This document shows positions 20,265 to 32,470 of a stretch of DNA of 64,000 nucleotides, piece by piece. Every line of letters begins with the position of its first letter. The stretch's first letter is position 1. This DNA is from a virus. Under the pieces are notes generated by a model, which saw only the letters and a list, made by a program, of their open reading frames with translations, made no database searches and was not told the DNA's origin. The translations under genes and the position numbers were made by a program. The stretch spans positions 30,206-94,205 of the IMG/VR virus record IMGVR_UViG_3300010352_001575. One strand, 5' to 3'.

Positions 20265-23200
20265 TTCTTTTCCTCCTAGTTTGTTCTGCATCCAGCGTCC
20301 AGCCCCTGTCTTCTTTCTTTGTGCCCCAGGTTGGGTTAATCCAAGATAAGCGCTCGCACAGTTTCTTGACACTGTTTCCGCTAGCAACCTCTTCCTCTAC
20401 CTCGTTGAGCAAGTACTCAGCTAAGCGCTTAACTTCTCTGTGCGGTATATCCGCCGGTATCTGGGTACAGTAGCTAGCATTGTCTACCTCCCACCAATCC
20501 TTTCCGTCCTTCCTAAACACATCAAACCGCAGCAGCGGTATATCGTCTGTGTTCGGTCCTCGGTAGTCTCCGTCTATACCCTCACCACAATCCCAGTTTA
20601 GGTCAACGCGTACCAGTCCGTCAGCGCTAACGACGCTAGCTTCCCTGGCTATTGGGTAGTCTTTCATTTCTTCTTCCCTTTCTTCTCCGACGCTTGCAAC
20701 CTATCCAGCTTAGCCTGCGCCAAGTCCGTAGGGTCGTACCAGTATTGTTTGCCATGGTAGATCAGCACAGCAAGGCCACCATACGCGTCTGTGCGGGGCT
20801 TGCTACAGGTGAACGCGCAGCTGATTATCTCTGGCGTTGTTATCTTGTGCTTGGTCTGCCAGGCTGCGATAATGTCAGCAAGCGCGCCCATATCCACAGC
20901 TTCCTCGCTGTGTATCCATACGCTGGTGTCGTTCTCTACGCTTGCTTCGGCCCCGTGATACTCGTCATTGTAATCTTTGTTATCCTCACCGAGCGTATCA
21001 ATAAGGTCATCTCGTTGCGCCTTTGTCTTTGCAGTTATGACATGTGACATCTGACAATAATAATCAGCCATGCTATGCCTCCGTTAGTATTTTCTTATGA
21101 TTGTGTATCCGTACCTCATACGCACCAACTTCTTCAGCTATCTGCTCGTCCGACAGCCTTTTGATATTAACCAGGCCAGCCATCTCCGAGTCAGTCCATA
21201 GGTATCCCAGGATGCTCTCAGCGCACGCCCTGAAGGTAAGGCTATTCCGCCCCGTGTGGAAGTACTCATTGTTCTGGCAACACCAGGCCGAGAAGTATCT
21301 ATCCGGAGATACGACTTTTACCCTCGGCATCGCTATGCCTTCCTCACAGTAACTGACGGGGTGACAGACTTGATTTTAAACAATGACTTGACTGCGGCCT
21401 CGTCTATCATACCAAGCGCTGTCCTGACTGGCTCTGCTGCGCTTATTGATATGGCCTTAGCCTTTGTCAGCTGTGGTATGCTGAATAACTCTTTGGCTTT
21501 TTCGAAGTCCACCTTCTCGTATGTGGTTGATGCCTTTATCTCCACTACCTTGGCGCCGACCGGGACTAGCTTACGAGTAGCTATGCCAACATACAGCTCC
21601 TTTAGCTCCTTGTACTTCTCCTCCATCTCGGCAATGGCTGTATGCTGTTTCACTATCTCGGCCGCGGCGGCGTCCTCGAACTGTCCGACCAGCTTCTGGT
21701 ACTCGGCTTCTAGCTTGTTGTACCCGGCCTGTTCTTCTGCGTTCAATCCGGCGTGACCCTCTTTAGAGCAGGCTAGTATGGTATCCATATTGCTGCGTAT
21801 GTTGATAAGCCGGCTGTTCAGGCTATCTATCTTTTCCATTCTTGTCTCCTTTGTTCTTCAAGTCCTTCAGAAGATCGTCCACTATCTTCTTCGTGTCCGG
21901 GCTAGACTTCACTGGCTTTATCCTCAGCTGGTCCTTGTCCGCCCAGTCTTCCATAATGCTAACCAAGTACTCCATAGCCTCTTCCCTTCGCTCTGGCTTG
22001 AGCGCGGCTACTGTCATTACCATAAAGGCTAGCTTGACTATGGCGGCCATATCCGCATCGTCGCTATCGAGTACTACCTCCAGGCTTCCGAACTCTCCTT
22101 TAATGATTTGTCTCATTTATCCTCCTTTGTAGTCGTGGTAGGTTCCTGAGGTTATAGGGATTATAGAATACCACTCAGCATAACACGGACTGTCGTGGTG
22201 GGCGTTGTTTATAGCTATTCCCTTCTTGCCCATCCTATGTATCTTGAAATTACATTCCGTGTTAGGCAGTATCTTAGACAGTAGCTCCCGGCCGTTGTCT
22301 GCCCTGATGAACGCGTGGCCGCCAATGGACCTCCAGCCAAAATTACTAACCTTGGCGAACCAATACCCACCTGGATTTATCTTCTTCATTAATTCGGACA
22401 GGCTATCCGTCAAATCCTCCCACTCAAAATCCTCGCAGCTATTGCTACCTTCTAGGACTAACTCGCCAGATTGTTCTGACGCCTTGTCTTCTAGCTTCTC
22501 TAGTGTTATCATTTCTCCTCCTGCACCTTGAATACCTTGCCGGTATCAAGCATAAGAATATAGCCAGGGTTGCTAGCTACCAGTCCCTTCGACCAATCCC
22601 AACCGCCTTCCCAATCTTTTCCACTGTCGTCTACTGCGAACTCATAACAATCTGCAGAACCAGCGTTCATACGGCAGACAGACCCAATCGCGTGCTGGCG
22701 TATCTTTCTCATCAAGTACGGACTGCAGATGTCTTTCTTCTTAACGGGGACTAGCTGCATTGGTGCCTCCGTGCGTTGCTATATCTACCAGCATATCCGT
22801 AGGTATGGTCAGCCACGGATGCCATACATCTATCTTGCTAACATCGTCCTCGTGCTCCAGGCGCAGACCGCCTTCCAGTACTGCCACAACCCGGTACTTA
22901 GTCGAGAACCTGGCAGGGTCCAAGCCAGAATGTTGCAGGCGATAGCCGTGATACTTGTATGGGTTTTCTCTCAGCATAGACACGGCTGTGTCTCTAACTG
23001 TTCCAATCAGTTCAGTCAGCATTACCAAACCCGCCCATCGCTGTAAGGTAATCTTTGACGCCGCGCGCCAGGGCCTTCTGGTTGTACAGGTCAGCCTTGT
23101 GCATAGCTCCTAGCACATCGCCAGACACTACTGACTTCAGGAAGCCACCGTGGAAACCATCCATAGCCTGCAGCAGAGATACCTTGCTCTCCAGTATTTC

Positions 23201-25545
23201 TTTGGCGTGTTGGGCCGTATGTTCGTTCTTGCTCGTTGTTAACGCTACTAACGCACATCTGACATCGTCTCGCATTTCTCCTCCTAGTCTATCGGGCATA
23301 TGCTGAGTATGGTGACCCAGTCTTTGTTTACTATAGCGTCGTCCGGCGCCGGCTGCTCGTCAGCGACCCACTCTTTGAGTCTGTCTATCTCCCACTTAGG
23401 CATCGGGAACACCAAGGTCGCAATCATATCTCCGGTAATTATCCCAGCGTCTCCGTCATAGCGCCACGATATCAAGCAGCGGACCAAGCGAGGATTCTCT
23501 ATCCACTCACCGCCGATTGGTAGGTCCCATTGTTTAGTAGCGTATACATCTGCGCTAGCTTGGTCCACCCATCCATCTTTGTTCGACCAGAACAATGGCT
23601 CTCTGGTCTCGTCATCCACCTCGGTTAGCGATATTATCTCTAACATTACGCACCTCCGAAGATACGAGCCATAGCTCCCTGCTGCGCGACCTTGGACGCT
23701 ATTATGTTCCGCGGAAATGAACCACCCCATCCGAACACATCATGCACATATCTATCCAGACAGAAGCCGCGCCATTCAATCGATACTTTTGTCTTTCCGA
23801 CTTTGGTGACCACATAGCTAGCGGAGCCATCGGCAACGCCACAAGAGAACATAGCCCCTACCATTAGCTTTCCCTTACAGGCCTCCGATACCTTGTTAGC
23901 CTTGTCTTCTTCTGCTTTCACGAATTTGTAATACTCGCCGTCGAAGTCAAACGGCAGAGCTACAATAGCGTCCTTAGGCACGTGGTATGACCTTGGCACG
24001 ATGGCGTCCTCTACCAGCAGGTGGCCCTTGGGCGGCTTCTTGCTAGGGAACGAGTCCACTATTCCGTAGTGCAGCACTCCATCAGGTGTCTTGAACTTCA
24101 CTTGGTATAGGTCTATCGCGTTCATTTCGTCTTCTCCTTAATCAGTTCCTTGGTCTTGTCTGCTATCCAGCTATCCACTAGCTTCATCGAGTCCTGAGCT
24201 ATTCCTAGCGAGTCCGTGGCTACCTTCTGTACCTTTTGGTTATTCACAATCTGGGGAACTATCGTGATAACCAGCATCTCTTTGGTTGTAGGCACAAAGA
24301 CCTGAACAGCACCGCCAAGTATAACGCCAAGCCAACCAGCGATAGCTAAGTATTTAATTGGCTTGGGAAGTGATGCCTCGTCTACGGCATGGCATATCCA
24401 TGCAATAGTTCCGACTACCGCAGTCGTCAGCGCAAAGACGATAACCAACTCCGATGCGCTTTTTATCATGTCCAACCTTGTCAACCAATACATCTGCGAT
24501 ACTGTTATTATTGTCATTTTATCTCCCTGACTATATTAGTTTCACCGACTTGCTGTAGTTGTGCGCCATTAGAATATCACCAACCATTCTGATAACCTCC
24601 GAGTGTGCGCCCTCCCAGGTATCCAACACCGCTACTGGCAAAGCTGCCATAACTCTATCCTCAATTTCTAGCAACCCTGTCCTGCCAGCGTTCAGCTCAG
24701 CCATTACCATCTTGCGAACCATATCCTTGTTGCGCTTGCCTATCGTTCGTGCCATTGTTTCACCTCGTGATTGCAAAATAGATAACATAAATCCAACCCA
24801 AAAACCCTGACCACATCGCCCATAAAATTGACTGATGTATCGACCAACTCGCGCATGTTGCTATCATCATCCCCATCACGCAGAACCATCCGACTGGTTT
24901 CATATATCTCCCTTGCCTTAGTTTGGAAAACCGCCATAGCTAGCTAGGCAGTTCTCGTCAAGAATATCCTTTCCGTCTTCCAGGGTGGCGTACAACCTGG
25001 CACAGCCGTAGTCCTGCTTGTACTGCTTGAATATCTGCCTGGCTTCCTTCAGAGTATCTGGGTAGGCATCTCGTCCGTTGGTGAAGACGTGGTAGTGTAG
25101 CTTGGTCATAACCACCCTCCTTGCTTCGCCCAGATTATCGCTGAGGATAGCACCATACCCACAACGATCAACGCCACAGTGATTAACACTATGGCCATAA
25201 CAAACCTCCAGAACTCCAGGCCTAACACGCGCGGCCGAAGCTCGTATACTCCTTGCTGCGGGCCGAGCAATCGCGTCCTCGGTCCTGTCTTAACCTTGTA
25301 CGGCTTTCCGTGCTTTAACATTTCGCCTCCAGGCCTAGCGCTCTTCCCTCGTCGTATATCTCGTCGTAAACAGTCCTACTCCTATCGTCAGCCATAGCGC
25401 TAACATATGTATCTTGATGCGCTGTCATAAACCGCTTGCACATAAAGGTAAGCGCTTCGTTTCTGCTCCTTAGATCGTCTATCTCTTTCCGGTCGCTCAT
25501 AAGGCGCTGAGCCAGGTCTTGCAGTGTAAACTTACCGTTTTTCAT
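20257..25545 (-). CDS. Run of about 17 coupled small hypothetical genes
   Basis: Contiguous ORFs with AGGAG/GGAGG RBSs and 1-10 nt overlaps; 24122-24517 and 25106-25321 are hydrophobic. Confidence 0.6.
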
Positions 25546-25877
25546 TGTTCCTCCATCTCCTCGTAGTACCGCTCCGACATAAACGCGTGTACATCTATCT
25601 CCACCTTATCCTTAAGTATGTCGTGCAACCTGCCAGCCCCGATAGGATTGCCAGTGTGTATGATAACCCGCTTGGGCCTGTCTTCCTTTGGCATAGCGGT
25701 GATGGCCCAAGCTACTGCGGTGAAGTCCTCTTGCTTATAGCCAGAGATATCGTGGTCCAGAGATACTATCTCTGGCTTGTAGACTACCAAGCAGCGCATG
25801 GCTTCAGTGATGGTCTTGGTAGTGTGCCAGGCCATACTCAGCTTAGGCTCACGCATATCGTCAACAAATAATCTCAC
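25542..25877 (-). CDS. Cyclic-phosphate-processing receiver (cREC)-like protein
   Basis: MRLFVDDMR...W...EA...VSLDHDI...IIHTGNP.G. Confidence 0.75.
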   Translation of the reverse strand: MRLFVDDMREPKLSMAWHTTKTITEAMRCLVVYKPEIVSLDHDISGYKQEDFTAVAWAITAMPKEDRPKRVIIHTGNPIGAGRLHDILKDKVEIDVHAFMSERYYEEMEEQ

Positions 25878-26092
25878 GCTACCTCCTGTATTAGTTTTAC
25901 GAACCTACCCTTATCGTAGAACGCCCAGTCATCTCGTACTTCTGGCGGCCTGTCTCCCTCAGTGTCTAGGACAGCGCCAACGACTTTGGTAGCTAGCCCA
26001 ACTTGCTGTATGCTAGCGATGAGCACCAGACACTGGCCCCAAGTGTACCGGCTATCCACTAGCCATATCTGCCCGGCCTTTGGCTCAATCAT
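25874..26092 (-). CDS. Small protein, PKxGxIW family
   Basis: PKAGQIWLV...LVLI...VLDTE. Confidence 0.55.
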   Translation of the reverse strand: MIEPKAGQIWLVDSRYTWGQCLVLIASIQQVGLATKVVGAVLDTEGDRPPEVRDDWAFYDKGRFVKLIQEVA

Positions 26093-26446
26093 CGTACGCT
26101 CTCAGGAACAATAGCGTGCTCCCGTGTTCTCCGCGGTACAGCACCGCAGCCCTGCCGATATTCCCGAATGCCTCTCCGCACTTGCTGTTCTGGCTATACC
26201 GGTACTTGGCTAACTTCATCGCAGCAATTGCCTCGATGTAGAAATCCATAGCCGTTGTTCCGCGCGGGATTATCTGCGCTTCAGGAGATAGCACCACGTG
26301 CTTGGCTATCTCCTCAGCCCGGTGTGCGAACTCGTTGCACTTGCGGGTGTGGGCGTTTGAGAGACTGATCTTGGCTGCCTCTCTGTACTCCTCTGTATCG
26401 TCTAGCAGCTTGTCTATCGCCGCTAGGGTTGCTGAAGTTGTTGTTA

Positions 26447-27094
26447 TCATTTGATCACCTCCAATTTCTTTATCTTCTCCCGCAAATAAGACTCTATCTT
26501 GGCATACGATTCCTTCTCTGCCGCCCTTGCCGCCCTTGCCGCCCATACCGCCGCCTCTGCCGCCCTTGCCTCCTCTGCCGCCATTGCCGCCCATGCCGCC
26601 GCCCTTGCCGCCCATGCCGCCCAGCCGCAGCACTGTGACGCCGCCCATGCCACCTCCACTGCCGTCTTATCCGCGGCTATCCTATTCTCCTCAGTCGGAT
26701 TCTTCAACCACTTCTTAACTGCTGCAATGGCAGCCCTTGGCCGGTCGTCATCGGGGTATTCCTTTTCGAATAGCCTAATGACTTGCTCTGCTGCATAGCA
26801 GGCTAACTCTGCACTATCTTTATGGGTCCACGTATAGGCTTTCAGTATGCGCATTTCGGCATGCGCGCTCTTATCATTTTCGTGGTCGCTCTCTCCTTGT
26901 ACCTCTACCAATGCGATGATGCTGCAATTTACATATCGCATTGCGTCAATGACTTTACGACTTCCATGAAAACCATTTTTACAGCATTTGATTTTGCCAT
27001 CCAGTTTAGCCCATTCTCCTACCTTAGCGGGGAAAGGGCCGTGATTTGTTTCAAAGTCTGCCCTGAACGATTTCCATAACTTTATCGATTTCAT
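26447..27094 (-). CDS. DUF7666-like N-domain plus Imm5-like helical domain with Ala-rich repeats
   Basis: C..GFH.S...A..Y...DK...MRILK; DDRPRAAIAA...WL; AAWAARAA repeats. Confidence 0.6.
   Translation of the reverse strand: MKSIKLWKSFRADFETNHGPFPAKVGEWAKLDGKIKCCKNGFHGSRKVIDAMRYVNCSIIALVEVQGESDHENDKSAHAEMRILKAYTWTHKDSAELACYAAEQVIRLFEKEYPDDDRPRAAIAAVKKWLKNPTEENRIAADKTAVEVAWAASQCCGWAAWAARAAAWAAMAAEEARAAEAAVWAARAARAAEKESYAKIESYLREKIKKLEVIK
26513..26662. repeat. Imperfect 9-nt tandem repeat (GCCGCCCTT / GCCGCCCAT) encoding Ala-Ala-X units
   Basis: Repeated gccgcccttgccgcccat units visible in the sequence. Confidence 0.85.
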
Positions 27095-28444
27095 TTCATT
27101 CCTCCTACCGTTATGCCGTTCACGATAATCTTGCCAGCCATTATTTCATCGTGAAGCAGCTCGTGTCGTCCTGACGCGGTGTCTATGTGTGCACCCAGGG
27201 CCCGGCTTATCTGCGCTAAGGACTTGCCCATGCAGTATAGCTCCCTGACCCGTGCCACTATCTCTGGCTCTTTAGTTTTTTGGGACATATATCTTTCCTT
27301 CCTTGACCAAGTCATGACAGATAGACACAACCACCCTTAGAGGCAATTTGTGCTTGATGGCTATCTTGGCAAAGTCTGATGACTTTCCGCCTCTGAACAT
27401 CTTGTAAACTCCGTTTTTAGTGTCTTGCTTTATCCACCGCCAAGCATCTTCTGCTCTCTCTAGAATTTCATCTATTTCGTGGACATACAAGTCCGTTTCC
27501 ATAGAGATAAGTTCGTATTGCTTTGCAGTTAATCCCACCGCGCGTAGCTCTGCTAGCAGCCTAGGGAACTGGATTGAGTTATCTTCCCAAGGTGTTATTT
27601 TCATCTTACCACCTTAGTTACTTTGGTAGCTATTCTCTCGATGTTTATATCTAGCCCCTGTTTCTTAGCCTCAGCTAAACACCTGGTGCATACGCTCATT
27701 GACCCGGGTTTTGTTTTATAAGAGATAACATACTCCGCGGCGTTGGCGCAGCGCTCGAAGTACCTCGGACCAAGGGTCATAAAGCTACCTTGTTGTATCT
27801 CGCACTGGCACTGCTTAAGGTCTGGTGGTATCAGTTTTGTCTTCTTTTTCATTCTGCCTCCTCAGTTCAGATAACATCTTCTGCTTTTCTTCCTCTAACT
27901 TCTTCTCGTCAATACCTAGGAATGTAGCCACTAGCTCGGTCAGTCTTTCGTTAGTAGGTAGGTATGCACCCTTCTCGTAGTCCCTACCAAGCACGGTGCC
28001 AGCTCCTGGATAGAATTCACATAAGTGTATCTTCTTATCCTCGCGTAAGAACTCAACGAATTCGTGAATGGCCTGGCTTTGCTCCCGAACCTTAGCTAGC
28101 TTTGCGTGCTCAGGATAGTCCTTCATAGTCTCTGCGTCCATCTCTTCTCTTGTCATTCAGGTCTCCTCCTCTAGTCTTTTCACAACGTGCTTCTGTATGT
28201 TCTCCGGCAGATCCATCCAGGCTATCGGCTTCCCCAGGTGTGGGCCGTCTATTACTTCGCAACACTGAGAGAAGCCATCGGGCTTGTCAGGATTGTCAGA
28301 CAAACCAAATGCTGCTTCCAGCGGATATACTGTAATCCACGCCCGGCGTAGAATAATCGTATACCTATCGAACGACTTGCCGCCGTTATCCCAGACACAG
28401 CGAACTTTCCTAGGTTTCCGCATACGCCTCCTTAAAGTTATTGG

Positions 28445-28529
28445 AAGATGGAATAGCCATCTTTACGCTATGCAATCCTAACCGTTGTGTTAGCAACGGG
28501 CCGAGTCAGGGCAGATAGGTTCCCATAGC
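28445..28529. other. Intergenic structured element
   Basis: AAGATGG/CCATCTT hairpin plus nested GCTATG/CATAGC, CCTA/TAGG and CCGTTG/CAACGG. Confidence 0.5.
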
Positions 28530-28539
28530 AACCATATTG

Positions 28540-28848
28540 TTATTTGCCGATGTTCTTGTCCAGGCTGATATGACCAGCCATACCGGACCCGCTATCGGAC
28601 AGTGCGTCTAGCAATGCCTCGTCGCTTTCTTCCGCCTGCGACTTCTTGGCAGGCAGGTCTTCGAACTCCCACTCGTATCTTCCTAAATCCTTCTCCCACT
28701 TTCGTATCATCTCATACGACGCCTCGCAGACGCCGCAGGTTATGCGAATTCGTTCTGGCTTGCCCTCGTCATCGTACCATAATACAACGGCCTCTGTCAA
28801 CGCGCCGCACTCAGGACAATCTGTTTCGGGTAGTATTACCTCTGCCAT
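28540..28848 (-). CDS. Acidic Zn-ribbon protein
   Basis: CPECG...CGVC. Confidence 0.6.
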   Translation of the reverse strand: MAEVILPETDCPECGALTEAVVLWYDDEGKPERIRITCGVCEASYEMIRKWEKDLGRYEWEFEDLPAKKSQAEESDEALLDALSDSGSGMAGHISLDKNIGK

Positions 28849-29080
28849 TTTATTCTCCTAACTTCAGATTGTACTTGCTTTTCATATTAGCTATTGCTAA
28901 CGCCATCTCTGGGGATAGTGTTATAGCACCGCCAAGAATATCCAAGACGCAGACGATATTGGTAAGATCCGTGCGTAGAGAACTAACCATATTCTGTGCG
29001 TCCTCCAACTCGTACCGCAGCTTGTCCATCTTGTTAGGTTTTGCCTTTCTCTTTTGTGATCTCATTTCATCTCCTTTTAT

Positions 29081-29608
29081 TTACCTCTGTTCATATATTG
29101 CAGCCATCTCCTTTACCAATTCCGCTAATTCATAGAACTTGTCTATTGGTGTAAACCTCGCATGCGACCGGCGAAAATATAGCAACTTATCCATCGCCGG
29201 CGATATATCTATCGCCTTGGTTAGCATCACCACATCAGCTAACGCTGAGCCAGTAGGCAAATCGTCTCGCTCGTTCTTGTACTCCTGATACCTGTCTGTA
29301 CTTGGGTTAAAGTCTCTGCTTATTCTCCACAAGCATTCTTCTCTAGACGGCTCGTACTCGCAAGCATACAAGCGTGTACTTTGCGCATAGTGCTGTATCG
29401 CGGGCAAATCGCAACCGCTTATGTCACAGATAGCGAAATACACCGCATCCTTCAGCTTGGTAAACACCGCCAGCGGTCCGTACCTTTTCCGAGGCTCTGT
29501 CCGGACGCCTATTGCGTACTCAACCACGGCGCCGTAAGCTAACTCTGGGTAGCCATAGCTGACCAGCTTGTCGTCTTTCCTGGTAACTACTTTGTAGCCT
29601 TTTAGCAT
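29081..29608 (-). CDS. GYKV...GPL.VF family paralog A
   Basis: GYKVV...GPLAVF...LYACEYEPS...LPTGSALADVV; start after GGAGG. Confidence 0.7.
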   Translation of the reverse strand: MLKGYKVVTRKDDKLVSYGYPELAYGAVVEYAIGVRTEPRKRYGPLAVFTKLKDAVYFAICDISGCDLPAIQHYAQSTRLYACEYEPSREECLWRISRDFNPSTDRYQEYKNERDDLPTGSALADVVMLTKAIDISPAMDKLLYFRRSHARFTPIDKFYELAELVKEMAAIYEQR

Positions 29609-29619
29609 TGTTCCTCCGT

Positions 29620-29967
29620 TTATTTCTTCAGCAGCCTGACCCGGGTGGCTAGTACAGTGCCCCTTGGCATAGTGAATAGCATCCTGGATGCTACGCCGTT
29701 TACATACTTTCTCCAAATCTTATCCCGGCTAGACGGGGAGTACTCACACGGAAACAACGTGTAGCCAAGGCCGTGCGTTAGCTTTTCTCTCATAAACTTT
29801 GTGGCTGAGTACTTGCTGCGAAAGACACATAGAGGCCCCCAGCCTTTCATAGGCTTCGTCCACTTCTTTAAGCCATACTTACACGGTCGGTAGCGCTCGA
29901 ACAAGCTGATATACACTAGCTCTTCCTCGTCCTGCCGCATTACTACCTTCCATCCTTTCTTTATCAT
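29620..29967 (-). CDS. GYKV family paralog B
   Basis: GWKVV...GPLCVF...LFPCEYSPS...MPRGTVLATRV. Confidence 0.7.
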   Translation of the reverse strand: MIKKGWKVVMRQDEEELVYISLFERYRPCKYGLKKWTKPMKGWGPLCVFRSKYSATKFMREKLTHGLGYTLFPCEYSPSSRDKIWRKYVNGVASRMLFTMPRGTVLATRVRLLKK

Positions 29968-31503
29968 AGTCTCCTAGTGTATCGTCTTATCTTTTGTGTC
30001 TGGCGGGACGATAGTAGCAAGGTCGGCAATGGTGCCAATGTTCGCAGCGCTCTGGCAGGACATATACTTCCACTCGCCGTTGATTTCCATCCGGCAGCAG
30101 CCGGCTTCCTTGTACTTCTTGGCCATAGCGTCAGTACCAACTGAACAATCTAGGTATATCCCCATCGCCAGGCCAAGAAAAAAACCGCCTATTACTATGT
30201 ACGAATCTGTGTCGTTGCTCATATCCCCACCTCGCATACGGATAATTTAATCCGCTTCTTCGCCGCCTTGGTAAAGGTCTTGGCGTACTTCATTGCTAAC
30301 TCCCTGCGCACGAACAGGCTAGCGCAGTACATCGATGGCGTCTTTCTCGTCGCGTTCATTATAGCGAAATACTTATGTGCTCGAACGGTGTTATTGACTG
30401 ACATCATTGTCCTTAGTTTTGGCATCTTGTCTCCTTTGTTTCTTTGTCTGATCCAGGTATGGGTATATCTACCTGGAAGCCGCCATACAACGGGCAGTAG
30501 CAGCCACAGCCGGCCATAGGCAGGTGTGGCCCGGCGTGCTGGCAGCCACTAATGCCCCACTCGCTTTTAGTCGCTGGATGACAGGATAACATCGTTGCCT
30601 TACTGCACTGAACTAGATCCATGCGGACCTCCTATGATGTTGCTATCACATGCCGCGGTACGGCTATCGCACTTCTCCGTACAGCCAGCGCAACCAAATG
30701 CGGCCTTCATATACTGCTCCCTGGTCTTCACCTCGGGGTAGCCACAGTGAGGACAGGGTGGCAGTATGTTCCGGACTTGGTAAAACGATTGCGTATGCCA
30801 GCACTTGGGACAAGTATGGGATTGCATGCTCATACTATTCCTTGCTCTCTTGCGCCTTTGTAGACTGCTCATCGAGCTCATGCCTTAGCTCGTTAAGAAC
30901 GAAATCCAAAGCAACGTTAAGCGCCTTGTAGGGTCCGAGAACAAGGCCCATAACAATACCTATAACGGCTCCAACAGGCCACAACACACACAAATACCTG
31001 AAGTATATCAGTAACCGCTTCATGGGCATATTATTCCTCCCTAGCGAGCGTATTGCTCTCTACCGCAGAACTGGCATATTTGATCGCCATCCGGCCCGCG
31101 CCCGGTTATCATAACACAATGTCCTATAGGGCTACGCTGACATTTTCTATCTATGAAGAAGTTCCAATCCTTTGAGATAACGCCAGCCTTTTCTATTGCA
31201 TCGATGGCCTTGCTGGCGTGCTTCCATGCCTTGTCCTTGGCTTTCTGAGCCGCGACACGCATCTTCTCTGCCTTTAGATATGCTGCTATTGCCTTTTGTT
31301 GCTTGGTCATAGGTTCTCCTTATTAATTTTCTACGATCTTATCATAGCAATTAGAGGTATGCGCGAACCTAGCAAACGCCAGAGCGAACTCGTGGACCTT
31401 TGCTTTGGTAGCGCCATACATGCCGCAATTCCGATATAGCTCTTGTACTTCTATATTAGGCAATACCTCTCTGCCCCGGATCTCGAAACACCAATCGGCT
31501 AAC

Positions 31504-31608
31504 TCAGTACTTATAGCAATGCTCCTCGGTAGGCCCGCGGAAACTCCATAACTTGCCCGCATGGACTTGGACAATCTTATACCCTGGGTATGTATCGTTG
31601 CATGTCAT
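31504..31608 (-). pseudogene. Truncated GYKV family paralog, 34 aa
   Basis: GAGG RBS, MTCNDTYPGYKIVQVHAGKLWS...YKY*; matches the N-terminus of the paralogs. Confidence 0.5.
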
Positions 31609-31615
31609 ATATACC

Positions 31616-31963
31616 TCACGCTACTCGCTTGATTAGTTTGACAACGCTAGCTAGGTCCTTGCTTTTATTGTTTTTCTTTATGATGTTATCGCAGATATTG
31701 CGACCGAACCTTCGGTACCAACCGTGCCGGACCCGGCTAGGGATGTACGTGCATTCGTATATTTGTTTAATTGGTTCCATGTTAGCATAGTATTTCGCTA
31801 ACTCTAGGTCTTTGAACACATATAAAGGCCCATGACCTTTGTGCGGATAGGCAGATTTTCCGCGGATATACCTAACCTTAGGGCGGAAGGTTATCATGCT
31901 ATACAATTGCTTATTCTCCGCAGTGAGAACCTTGTACCCAGTCTTATACCTTAGTGATGCCAT
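31616..31963 (-). CDS. GYKV family paralog C
   Basis: GYKVL...GPLYVF...IYECTYIPS...LASVVKL. Confidence 0.7.
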   Translation of the reverse strand: MASLRYKTGYKVLTAENKQLYSMITFRPKVRYIRGKSAYPHKGHGPLYVFKDLELAKYYANMEPIKQIYECTYIPSRVRHGWYRRFGRNICDNIIKKNNKSKDLASVVKLIKRVA

Positions 31964-32104
31964 TATTCCCCCTATTGGTAACGTAATCTGGATGCGAGTC
32001 GTAATCCATCACATTCGATTGGGCTATTGTAATTCCATCGACACAAAGGATTGGACCGCACCCGTCATCAAACACTGTATACTTTGCCATATGCCTCCCG
32101 TTAT

Positions 32105-32470
32105 TTAAACTGGCTGAGCAACGACTTCTTCTGTTAGCGTTACCAAGTCTGCCAATACCGTACCGCGCGGCAGACAAGCCTCTGTAACCTTGTCACACGG
32201 GGCACCGGCTAGGTATACCCCTTTAGATACATCAACCGCAGGAGCATACTCGCACTCATAGATAGCTGCATTGCCTGTATCCTCGCCAAGGAAATGCGTA
32301 TCAACATAACGCTCCGCGGCGATTAAGGTATCAAAGACACACAAGGGCCCGCAACCCTCAGCCGGCTTCGACATTACTCCAATGGCGTACTTAACGCTAT
32401 ACCTGCCCTCTACTATGCAGCTATAGAGGCCATCATCTTTAAGCTGAACGACTTTGTAGCCTTGTATCAT
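32105..32470 (-). CDS. GYKV family paralog D
   Basis: GYKVV...GPLCVF...IYECEYAP...LPRGTVLADLV. Confidence 0.7.
   Translation of the reverse strand: MIQGYKVVQLKDDGLYSCIVEGRYSVKYAIGVMSKPAEGCGPLCVFDTLIAAERYVDTHFLGEDTGNAAIYECEYAPAVDVSKGVYLAGAPCDKVTEACLPRGTVLADLVTLTEEVVAQPV

Noticed and set aside
26085-26718. Gly-rich N-terminus of 26085-26648 and Pro-rich ORF 26527-26718
   Set aside because: These are alternate-frame readings of the GCC repeat in gene 26447-27094. The real downstream gene likely starts at MITTTS near 26450.
28430-28540. Hammerhead, twister, pistol, HDV ribozyme or c-di-GMP riboswitch
   Set aside because: Required conserved cores (such as CUGAnGA/GAAA) were not found on either strand.
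29081-32470. Diversity-generating retroelement behind the paralog family
   Set aside because: No reverse transcriptase in the window and no near-identical template/variable repeat pair differing at adenines.
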